Assembly: GCA_043228905.1 (NCBI GenBank)
Contig: JBHGNT010000011.1
Location: forward strand, 21,638,001-21,702,000
DNA from: Azolla caroliniana
Lineage: Eukaryota > Plantae > Polypodiophyta
Direction of reading: 5' to 3'
Length of the DNA stretch: 64,000 bases
The position numbers and the translations under genes are program-made. Shown here piece after piece: positions 41,354-52,649 of this stretch; positions within the stretch are counted from its first letter, which is position 1, and each line of letters begins with the position of its first letter. The notes beneath the pieces are model-generated. The model was not told the origin of the DNA. It saw only the letters and a program-made list of their open reading frames with translations, and did not search any database.

Positions 41354-44300
41354 TGTTGAGCGGCAAGCTCAACCGGAGCCGGATCGACTGAATAAGCCGG
41401 AGCCGGTGAGCGAGACGGATCGGGCGAAACGGATCGGTATGACGGTGAGCAACCGAACCGGCAAGCAGTGGAGGCCGGGTGCAATCCGTAACCGGCAGTC
41501 CAATCGGAAGCCTAGTATAGGATAGACTACTAGGTAGCTATAGTCTCGTAGTAAGTGTTAGATGCTCGTGTGAGCATTGAAGTACATGGTACTTCTGTCA
41601 GTCCCAAGAGGACTTGTATAAATAGTGCTACTTAGCACAATGTGTGTACAGAGTCTTGATATAATTTTGAAATTACGTTCTGCTCTCTTTGTCTCTCTTT
41701 GTCTCTCTCTCTCTCTCCCTCTATGTTGTTCTTTGTTTTACGCTTCCGCAAACACTTACGTTTACATGGTATCAGAGCGCGAGGGTTGAGAACCTCTGCT
41801 GCAGACATTTATTCTTGAGAAGAAAACCCTAACAGGTTGAAAACAGACACAGTAGAAGACATGGATAGAGGCATGGCTATGTCGCTCCCGGTTGAGAAGC
41901 TCGACAAGAGCAACTACGCATCCTGGTCTTACAAGATGCACCAGTACCTGCTTGGACACGGGTATTGGAGTTATGTCGAAGGAGCGAATGATGCGGCGCC
42001 AGACTCGGCACACAAGGACTTCCCGGTATGGGAACAGGCGGCAAGCAGGGTGATGTACTGCTTCGCGTCCAGTGTCGGCGATCAGCTGCTCAGCCACATC
42101 CGTGATGCCAAGACACCGAAGGATGCTTGGGGGAACCTGAAAAAGGTTTTTGCCGCAAGCACCACTGCTCGGAAGCTGCAACTCAGACAGGAGTTGAGCA
42201 ATGTTCGACAGAAGAACATGTCCGTGGCAGACTACACGGGCCGGATAAAGGATATCTGCGACTCGCTCGCCTCTATCAATGTTACCGTAGAGGAAGACGA
42301 GATGGTGCAGGTATGTCTCGAAGGCCTGGCGTCCAAGTTCGGAGCGTTCCGGATTGCGATGTGTACAAGGGAGAATACCCCCTCATTCTTCGACTTACAG
42401 TCGATGCTCCTTGTAGAGGAGAACCACGCCGATGCATCTACCAGTGCATCCCCAGACAGCCGAATGTTGTACACGGGAACGGATCGGCACTGTGGGCGTG
42501 GTGGAAGAGGTGGGTCGGCACGCAATGGAGGCGGCCGGCAAGAGCAGGAACGGAGGCACTATGAGTGTGCCGACAACAGTTCCGGGACTTCCACAAGCAG
42601 GTGGAGTCAAGGTGGTGCCGGAGGCTGGCAAGACAAATCCGCTACGGAATGCTGGTACTGTGGCAAAAAAGGCCACAGGGAAAGCGAGTGCTGGAGAAAG
42701 CGTGCCGATTCGGACAAATCCGGATCCGGCAAGACCGGTAAGGATGGCCGGCAAAACTCGCACTATGCAAATGGTTCAGGAGGATCCGGAACCGGAAAGG
42801 CCGGTAAGGGGCCAGCCTTGGTGATGAATCACAAGGCAAACTCAATGAAGAAGACCACTTCCAAAACGGAGGAAGTGTGGTATGTTGATTCCGGCGTGTC
42901 GAACCACATGACGAGCCACAAAGAGTGGTTCTCCTTTCTGGAGAAACCGGATCAACCAGGAGTAGTCGAAACCGGAGACGACACTCCTCACCCAATCGTG
43001 CACGTCGGAGAAGTCCCTCTAAGCCACGTCGGACAGAAAGGGAAGCTGATGAATGTATTACACGTTCTGACAATCACGAAGAACCTGGTGTCCGTCGGTC
43101 AGATTGTCGACCAGGGGATGCAGGTGCGGTTTACGCACCTCGGGTGCTTCATTGAGGATGAGGGCGAAGTCATTGCGCAAGGGCGCAGAGACGGGAGGAT
43201 GTTTATCCTCAACACCAATGACATTGGCACCGCTCTGTTCGCGAAACGACAGAAGGTTGAGTCGGACATCGACCTATGGCACAAGCGGATAGGCCACGTC
43301 AACTACCGGAGGCTTTAAGACCTGCAAACGAAACAAGTCGTTTTCGGTTTGCCAAAGTTCAGCGGCCGGAGAGCCGAAATTTGTGAAGCCTGCCAACTTG
43401 GGAAGCAACACCGGCTTCCATTCCCCACCGAACGGAACCGGAGCCGTAACAAGCTCGATCTCATCCATTCGGATGTGTGGGGACCGACACAAAGTGTAAG
43501 CCTTGGCGGGAGCCGATACTTCGTCTCCTTCATTGACGACTATACTCGACATACTTGGATCTACCTCATTGAGCGGAAGAGCGAAGTCTTCGATTGTTTC
43601 CGGAGTCTCCAGAAGATGGTGGAACGGGAATTGGAGAGGAAGATCAAATGCCTTCGGTCGGATGGCGGAAAGGAATATTTTTCCGGCCAATTCACTAGTT
43701 ATTTGCAGCAGAAGGGAATTCGGCGAGAGTTCAGTTGCAGATACACACCGGAGCAAAACGGTGTGGCCGAAAGGAAGAACCGGACACTCGTCGAAGCGGC
43801 AAGGACAATGCTGGAGGAGAAGAGCATGCCCTGGTTCTACTAGGCGGAGGCGGTCCAGACGACCGTCTACATACAAAACCGCATTGGTGACAAGGTGTCA
43901 GCTCATGAGCTATATTTCGGGCGCAAGCCGAACTTAAGACACCTTCGGATATTCGGCAGCATAGCGTATGTGCATGTGCCGGATCAGAAGCGGAGAAAGC
44001 TGGATGCAAAATCGGAAAAATCCATTCTAGTCGGCTATGCTCAAGAGCAAAAGGGGTATAAGTGTTATAACCCCCGGACGAAGGAAGTCTGAGTTAGCCG
44101 GGATGTCGAGTTCGACGAATCGGCATCTTGGTACTCCCTACCGACTCCGACTTCCGATCCCGACACAATGCCGGAAGATCAGGCCAGTGCGCCTGAATCA
44201 GCCCTGGCAGAGGATGATGAAGCCGGGACTCAAGATGAGAGTCCGGAATCGTTTCAGTTGAGTGGACCGAACGGGCGTCTGAGTCGGTTGGACCAATCGG

Positions 44301-47287
44301 ATGAAGAGACGGCAAGTAGTGGAGACTATGCCGTGCTCTCCCCGCGCAAGGAACCGAGGAAACGGTTCACGCGCAAAGAGAAGGGGAAGAGAAAGATGCC
44401 GGAATTCGAAACCGGCAACGATGAGTCGGATCGGTGCGTATCCGACTCTGGAAAGGAGAAAGGCAGATCTTCGGTAACGAAGACCGAACTGGCCAAGAAG
44501 GGCCTCAAATCAGGTGACGGTGCGTTGCGCCGATCAACCCGTCAGATGGATCCCGTCGTGCGGTACGAGTACAATGAATACATGGCGCATCTTTATGCGT
44601 ACATGACTAAGGTGACAGAAGTGCGTGAGCCGGAGAGCTACGCAGAAGCGGCAAGGGACGCAAATTGGCGTGCCGCTATGGACGAAGAAATGCGGGCACT
44701 CAATGCCAACGAAACTTGGGACCTAGTTGATCCTCCCCGTCACTGTAAACCGATCGGATGCAAGTGGGTGTACAAGGTCAAGTACAACGTTGACGGTTCT
44801 GTTAACCGGTACAAAGCCCGGTTAGTGGCGAAGGGATACGTGCAGACCCACGAAATCGACTACGACGAGACCTTCGCTCATGTGGCGAAGATGATGACGG
44901 TTCGTGTGGTACTGGCGGTTGCTGCGGCAAGGGGGTGGCATCTTCACTAGATTGATGTGAAGAACGCCTTCCTTCAAGGAGAGCTTGAAGAAGAAGTCTT
45001 TATGACTCAGCCCCCCGGATTTCAATCGGAGATGAACAAATGGGCGGTATGCCGACTGAAGAAGTCACTTTACGGCTTGAAGCAAGCCCCCCGAGCTTGA
45101 AACGCGAAGATCACGCACCGGTTGCGTAAGCTGGGGTTTGCTGTCTCTAAGTCGGACTCTTTGTTGTTCATCCGGCAAGGCTCTGACGGTCCGGTATGTA
45201 TACTCTTGTATGTGGATGATTTAGTCATCACCGGACCGGGTCTTCCCGAAATCAACCGCGTCAAGTCCCAGTTGTTGGACGCATTCGAAATGAAGGACCT
45301 GGGGGACCTTCATTATTTTCTTGGGATCGAAGTGATCCGGACCCCCGACGACATATTGCTCTCACAACGACATTACGTGTTGAATATGCTGTATAAGTTC
45401 GGCATGACGGATTGCCGACCTCTCTCCACACCCCTGGACCGGAACCAAAAGCTCCGTCCCAACTCCGGACCGGCCTGCAATGAGAAACGGTTCCGATAGG
45501 TTGTCGGAAGCCTGATCTACTTAACCATCACCCGACCTGACATCAGCTATCCGGTCAGCATGGTAAGCTAGTTCATGCAGAAGCCGACCATGGAGTACCT
45601 TCAGTGCGCCCAACGAATATTACGGTATGTCAGCGGCACTAAGGACCGGGGACTGCTATACCGGCGAGGTATACCCGAAGAGCTTGTCGGTTACACAGAT
45701 GCTGACTGGGCCGGCGATGCGTCTGATCGCCGCTCCACTTCCGGATACATGTTCTCCATAGGTAGCGCGACCGTTGCGTGGAGCAGCAAGAAGCAGCCCA
45801 CAGTGGCTTTGTCAAGCACTGAGGCTGAGTACCGGGCCGCTACCATTGCCACTTGTGAAGCCATCTGGCTTCGACGACTGCTACGAGACTTGCGGATCGA
45901 GATACCGACCCCGATTCCGATTTATTGCCATAACATGAGCAGCCTGCAGCTCGCCAGGAACCCTGTGTTCCATGCTCGCACAAAGCACATCGAGGTGCAC
46001 TACCACTTCGTGCGTGAGCGGATCCTGAGCGGTGAAGTTGACCTACGGTATGTTCATACGGATCGGCAAGTTGCCGACATCTTCACCAAGCTGCTCGGAT
46101 CGGACAAGTTGCAACACTTTACCGACATGATTGGTGTTCAGCATCTCGACGTGCCGCACTTGAGGGGGAGAAGCAAGGGCAAAGTCTCTAAACCTGTTGA
46201 ACTCGTCGGTAAGAGGAGAGCCGGAAGAAGAGGAGACAAGAAGATGAAGGAAGCCGAGTCGACGAAGGAAGTTTACACATCCGAACAGGTCGGAGCAAGC
46301 GGCTGTGAAGAAGAGTTGTGCACTCAGGAAGAGAAGTGCATGTTGTGCGGAGGTCATCACGACGGTACTGACTATGACGCGGAGTCAAATGAAGAATTCG
46401 ATTTCGGTTCACCAGCTGAAGAAGTCGGGGGAAGCATGGAGAAGGCCAAGACTCGGAAGTGGTCCGATGTGGTGAGAGGCCTGAAGCCGGAAGAAGAATC
46501 GGAGTGTACCGATTCGGACAAGAGCTGGAACGAGTCGGAGACAGCTGACTCGGATCAACTGATGGATCCGGATGAGTCGGATCGATTGAAGGCCAAGGGG
46601 ACACGGACACAGCGGAAGTCGATGCCATCGTGGGAGAACCGACGGATCGGCAAGCGCCGGAGTCACAACAATTTGAGTGCTGAGATGGTCCTATTGAGCA
46701 GACATGCCGATCGAGAGGTTCGAGGCGTGCAGAACCAAAGGGGTCGCGGCAAACGGGACCGGACCGGACGAGGAGCACGAGCAAGGTGGAGTGACGCCAG
46801 GAGAAGTTGGTTGGAAGAACCGACTGCCACAAAGGTCGACACTACGACCCCACCTTAGGTTGAGCTTGAGGGGGAGTGTTGAGCGGCAAGCTCAACCGGA
46901 GCCGGATCGGCTGAATAAGCCGGAGCTGGTGAGCGAGACGGATCGGGCGAAATGGATCGGTATGATGGTGAGCAACCGAACCGGCAAGCAGTGGAGGCCG
47001 GGTGCAATCCGTAACCGGCAGTCCAATCGGAAGCCTAGTATAGGATAGACTACTAGGTAGCTATAGTCTCGTAGTAAGTGTTAGATGCTCGTGTGAGCAT
47101 TGAAGTACATGGTACTTCTGTCAGTCCCAAGAGGACTTGTATAAATAGTGCTACTTAGCACAGTGTGTGTACAGAGTCTTGATATAATTTTGAAATTACG
47201 TTCTGCTCTCTCTGTCTCTCTTTGTCTCTCTCTCTCTCTCTCTGTGTTGTTCTTTGTTTTATGCTTCCGCAAACACTTACGTTTACA
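41354..47287 (+). mobile_element. Full-length Ty1/copia LTR retrotransposon
   Basis: LTRs 41354-41766 and 46877-47287 (TG...CA), 5-bp TSD CTACT, PBS TGGTATCAGAGC (tRNA-iMet) at 41767-41778, PPT ending 46876, and domain order Gag-PR-INT-RT-RH. Confidence 0.98.
41861..46858 (+). pseudogene. Copia gag-pol in a single reading frame with at least 7 premature stops
   Basis: Gag CWYCGKKGHRESEC, protease WYVDSG, integrase HKRIGH...CEAC...RSDGGKEY...NGVAERKN, RT YKARLVAKGY...LYVDD, RNase H GYTDADWA...EAEY. All ORF-track segments share one frame. Stops at 43316, 43841, 44090, 44948, 45098, 45497 and 45569. Confidence 0.95.
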
Positions 47288-47394
47288 CTACTCAATGGAA
47301 GTTATGTAGACACAATTTTGTTGCATGATGTATGCTTGGTACGTTATAATCCAAACATACAAACTAATTGTAAATGTGTCAATTTGTGGCACGT

Positions 47395-48436
47395 TGTCGT
47401 GAAGATCCGTCACTACGCGCGGATCGTGAGGCGGAACCGCCGGGGCTCTGGACCGGAAGGAATCAAAGTCGGTACAAGCTTTGGCGCAAGCTTTTGCGAG
47501 AAAGTACTTAAGATAGATTGGGAAAGAGAGAAGTTGAGATTACACGATTGAGAGAGATTGATTGAACTTTTAACTTTAGATTTAAGAAACAAGTTACACG
47601 ATCAATTTGATAACGAATTTCTTCCTCTTAATTTTCATAAAAAAAACCGTGTCTTTTCTCCTCCCCCTTCCCTCTTTTATAGATGCTCTCATGCATATGA
47701 TGCATGTGAGGGTACAAGACATGCATAAATTGCATGTTTGCCATTTGGCGCTTATGTATTACATGTGGTGCATGATAACCATGTCACTCATTTTAGCTCT
47801 CATGTATGAGAATTTACATGTAAAAGAACAATGATAGAAATATAATTTCAACTAAATAGCATGGCTTAATGGTAAGCCAATTGACTCCTAACTTGGAGGT
47901 GCAAGGTTTGAATCCTTACTTGCCCTCCTTGTATATGTAAATATGTATATATATTTATATATTTATTTATCTAGTCATCGGACGCCGGTTCGCCGGATGC
48001 CGTCGGTTACCGGTGCCTCGCTGGATGCCGTCGTCGGATTGCCGTCGGATCACCGACTCCATCGCCGGTCCGGTTTTGGTTGGCCAAAATCTTTTATGAG
48101 TCCACCTCCACTCTTAGTTCAAGTTACGCTCCACACACAGACACAAAGATAATATCTTTTGCTCCACCTTATATATGATGAGAGTTGTATTTGTCGTGCC
48201 TATGTGGGATATCTCACAATTTTCTCTTTTCCTTTCACAAACTTTATACCCTCATATGTTGACATTTAGTTGTCCGTTTCTCGTGTAATAAAGTGCATTT
48301 GAAACCTCCATCATTTTGTACTTAGATATTAAATCTATTTAAAATGTTATCTTCACAATTATTGTACTATGTGATTCATACTCGATTTCGTACGTTTTAT
48401 GGGATTTTCACACTATTGCCGAAAATCTTCACGACA
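47395..48436 (-). mobile_element. Probable solo LTR (alternatively a Ginger-like TIR element), 1042 bp, 4-bp TSD
   Basis: TG...CA ends with a 12-bp inverted repeat TGTCGTGAAGAT/ATCTTCACGACA and ACGT on both sides. Minus-strand TATA CTATAAAAG at ~47673-47681 is followed by a CT-rich leader. Confidence 0.7.
47856..47924 (+). other. Degenerate tRNA-like Pol III module (A box and B box)
   Basis: A box TGGCTTAATGG at 47862-47872 with a GGCT/AGCC D-stem, loop CTCCTAA, and T-arm AAGG-TTTGAAT-CCTT with B box GGTTTGAATCC at 47905-47915. The acceptor and anticodon stems do not pair, so it is not a functional tRNA. Confidence 0.55.
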
Positions 48437-49298
48437 ACGTTGACCCAAAGAAAAGCCCAAAATCTAGAAAATACATTAATGAGAGTCACATTGAAGCATG
48501 CAAAAAGTATAGCACTCTTTCAAGTAATCTAAAGATATTTTAAATATTGTTGCCACAAGTGAGCATAGTTATTTGTGTTAGATATAGGGAAGTCTTATAA
48601 TCAAGATTGTGTATATATATTACCCAAGAATATGTTGAGCATATGCCCATTGCTAAAAACATGATATTGAATTTCCTTGAGTGATTGTAATTAAGCCAAA
48701 CTGTGATTTGTTCATGATTGACATCACCCCCTACACACAAATTCAAAACGGGCCTACTTAGTTAATTTAAAGGAAAAAGTAAACGAAGACAGAAACGATT
48801 ATATGTATATGATCACTTTAACTTGTTTGACAATGCCACATGTTGATGTTTTTGAATCTAATAATGGCACTTTCTAACATATGTTATTAGTGTGAAGCCT
48901 ATAGTTTTAATAACTTCCATTTATATATAAATGAGTATGTAGATCTAGATAAGAGAAAGATAAAAGTACAATACGTTATAACATTGAATTCATGATCTAT
49001 AAAAAAAAAGTATACGTGGCCCCCGCATGTTTAATATATATGACATCTAACTTGGTACACATAGTGTACCATTTATCCTTGCTTTTAGCTCAAGCATACA
49101 TATTCCAATTCTCTAACTTAATGCCCCAAGCTTGGCCTACAAGAATATTTGTTGCGGAACGTGGAAATAAGGAATCCGTAAGCCATCGTTGTATTGTAGA
49201 TATGAATGGTGAAAGTAGGCCAAAAAATAGAAGCTAACTATTTGGATTACCTTGTATTCTAACCTTTCTTGCTTCAAAGTGACCTAAAACATGTTGAA

Positions 49299-49690
49299 TT
49301 TTTTTATTTTTTCCAAAAAAAAAAACACTACTCCGCATTAGTTATCAAACAAAGTACATCAAAGACCAACAAATTTCAGCAAAACTCACTTTGGTCTCCT
49401 CCCTAAAGTGATCATAGTCCCCCCCCCCTCATTTACAACAAAAGTATCCCATCAACTCTTTTAACATGGTCACTAATGGAAGCCATTGGTGGAAACAACC
49501 ATCTGGGTGCTTGGTAGTTCCATTTAGGCCCTGATGATGATCTAACCACCACAGGAGATCTGCCCCATTTCAACAAAAACTTTGATTGAGCTCTTTCAGC
49601 TTCATCTGATTCCCCGTGAATCGAATCATACCGTCCCCGCAATCAAGCTATCAGGTCGAACCAGATGTTTAACAACACCTCACCACATTT
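49299..49690 (-). mobile_element. 5'-truncated L1-clade LINE 3' end
   Basis: Poly-T/TTCCAAAAAA terminus at the left. Minus-strand LRGRYDSIHGESDEAERAQSKFLLKW...KWNYQAPRWLFP is similar to the fragments at 4655 and 6047. Confidence 0.75.
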
Positions 49691-50700
49691 TAACAAAAAA
49701 CAATGGACTATTGGCTGAATTTATTCATTGCAATCATTCACCCATATAAGGTTCATTTTTGAAATGATACACACAAGCGTAGTTATCAATGTCTTTTTAA
49801 ATTAAATTCTTGAAAGGAAAACAAATATAGCTATTGCACTTTTAAGACAACCGTAACTTGTAAGTAATCAGAAACCATTTCGTGCATTTTTTACTTGTTA
49901 ATCCAAAGGTTTGATGTTCTTCATGAAGAACATTAATAGTGTAGTCGATTTATTCGACACTTGATGGATGCTGCATTGATTGAGAATATATCATCCATGA
50001 TTGTATACCTTAGCTTATATGGAGACATGTTAGACACCTTCACTCACACAATGGAATTTGACACGTACTAAAGAATTGGCAAGTGACCTAAAGCATGTTG
50101 AATTTATTCATTTAATTGCTTAATTTAACCAAAAACACTGAATTATGCATTGATTTGATGCCATTGCGTTCATTAACTCATATAAGGTTCATTTTCGAAG
50201 TGATATACACATGTGTACATATTAATATATATTTAAATTAAATTATTGGAAGGAAAACAAATATCGCTATTGCACTTTAAAGACAACATGTTTGATTTGA
50301 CTTGTTCAATGTTAATCCTCATGTTTGATGTTCTTCATGGAGAATATTAGTAGATTTTGTTGATTTAACCAAAAAACAATGGACTATTGGCTGAATTGAT
50401 GCCATTGCATTCATTAACCCATATAAGGTTCATTTTTGAAGTGCATAATATATTTTAATTAAATTGCCAAAAGCAAAACAAATATCTTTCTTGCACTTTT
50501 AAGACAAATGTAGGTAATCCGAAACCAATTAACGATTTATTTGACTTGTTAATCCTCACGTTTGATGTTCTTCACAAAGAATATTAGTACTGCAGTCGAT
50601 TTATTCAATACTTGATGGATGTTGCATTGGTTGAGAATATATCATACATAATTGTATACTTTAGCTTATATGAAGACACGATAGACACCTTGGCTCACAC
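49690..50700. repeat. Three imperfect tandem units (~240-435 bp) 3' of the glyoxalase-like gene
   Basis: CATATAAGGTTCATTTT.GAA...AAAACAAATAT...TTGCACTTT.AAGACAA...TTTGATGTTCTTCA repeated, with units starting ~49690, ~50125 and ~50365. Confidence 0.85.
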
Positions 50701-51155
50701 GTAGTATGCACCTTACCTAATATAAGGAGATACACTAAATAGTAAATACATATTTGGACACCTTAATTCATGTAACACACTGCATGTTTGAAGGAATTTT
50801 ACCCATACGAAAGCATTGGCAAGTGTCACAATTTCTGAACAACAAAGCTTTAATTTGGTGTAATGACTATGAATGGTAATACAATATTACAATAGCGAAG
50901 CATAAGGGTGGTTGAGGACCGAGGTAAGCTTTAAAGATGGAAATAATGGTTCCATATTAATGTCACAAGAATACTCATGAGAGTATGAGAGTGTAGATTG
51001 AGGAGGAAGTGATTAGGCAAGTCTTTTTATAGGGTACAAAGTCTATAAAAGTATAGGGGAAATGGAAGTGCCAATATTTTCATAGCCAACAAAATGTCCA
51101 TTGCACCTTGGCATAAAAAGACGACCGGAAGCCGAACTAAGATTAAAACAATGAA

Positions 51156-52649
51156 TTATGCCAAAAGTGCAAGAGACTTAGGGCTCATAATGTTGCTCAT
51201 AGATTTGGTGTTCATAGAGGGGCAAAATCCTCCATTCCCATTGCTAGTGCCATTAGAGAGGGGTTCAACGGGGAGATTTTCACAAGTGCACACCTCGATC
51301 ATGGCACCATCTGGATCATGGAAAAATATTTGTTCTACCATTACTCCTCCTTCCAACACTTCGGCCTTCACATACCTCATCCCAAGTTCTTTCAACCTTT
51401 GTTCCACTTCTTCAACCCCACCCGAGCACTACATTACATATCATGCGTCGGATTAGTACACAAAACCATTAATTAATCATGTCATTCAATGCATTGATAT
51501 CACTCCTCACTCATAGCGTTGGATTCGTTGAGAGTGAGTTAATTGATGTAACTATTTACAAGATTATGGGATTGCTTCTTAACAATGTAAATGACTAACA
51601 GAGTTGCCGAAGGCTCCCTAAAATAGAAAAATAAGAAAGCAGAAAAATATGATTGTTGAGGGTGAAGGTAATGATGGTGCAGAACTTGAGGAAATCATGC
51701 ATAATATGAAATGATCCCACCAAGATAATGAGGAGACTTGGCTTGAGATTTTCAGTTTTCAGGGCCATGCCTACATTCATACATGTTTGGTTGGTAATTT
51801 TTGTTGTCTTCTTATATGAGGTTTTCTCCTTGATTAGGATCTGAATCCTACCTAACCATGCAGGCTAAGTGAGGGGGTTTAGGGTTTCCTAGTTATTATT
51901 ATTAAAAAAAGCATGTAACGGAAGCCCTTACGATGTGTTGTCAAACCTTCATTTTCTGATATAGTCTTTTAGGTCATAAATATAAAAACAAAAACGTGTT
52001 TGCGATTGCAATGCATATTTCTTTCTTACTTGGAAAGAGATGTGATTGTCCTTGGGATTAATGATTTCCTTTTTCGGAAGGAGAGCTTGTGGATCTGGTG
52101 TCTGGATTAAGTGTATCCCTATGCCGTAGTTGAACAACCTGGTCACGAATAATAAAGAAATACACATTTCCAACCCAAATGTTAGCAATGATGCATTACG
52201 ATCCACGGTAAATTTATTGTTGATCGTTTCTTGATGTAATGAATAAATAAGCTAACTAGCTTATAGGTTAGATCTATTATTACCATTGAGCCAATGAATA
52301 GTTGAATGGTTATAATCGATTTAAACTATTGCAATAATCGCGATCATCATCCAATGCACTAAAATGGAGTTTTTTTTTCATTATGTATGGGTGTGTTCTC
52401 AATTTGAGCTACTTAGCATTGCATTGCATTAATCAATTTTAATCAGCAATCATATTTTAGATCCTTCCCATTGTGGCTAATGCATAATATAATAACGCCG
52501 TACCATGCTCCATCAAAATCGAATGATCCCGGTCGTTTGATCGACATGAAACCCAAGACTTCTTCATAGAAAGCAACCGATTTCTCAACAGACGTGCACA
52601 AGAATGACACGTGGTTGATGGAAGAAATAGGTAATGGTCGAGGCCTCAT
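51156..52649 (-). CDS. Glyoxalase I-like / VOC-family protein (~175 aa), exons 52649-52504, 52138-52030, 51428-51156
   Basis: INHVSFLCTSVEKSVAFYEEVLGF..IKRPGSFDFDGAW, LFNYGIGIHLIQ...INPKDNHISFQ, C...VEQIFFHDPDGAMIEVCTCENLP. Introns are GT-AG and the spliced length of 528 nt is in frame. Confidence 0.93.

Noticed and set aside
43316-45571. Idea that the copia stops are repaired by U-to-C RNA editing or readthrough
   Set aside because: Reverse editing is organellar, two stops derive from TGG (G-to-A), and methyl-C deamination explains all of them.
49690-50700. CRISPR-like repeat array
   Set aside because: Eukaryotic DNA; the units are long and imperfect, with no repeat-spacer structure or cas genes.
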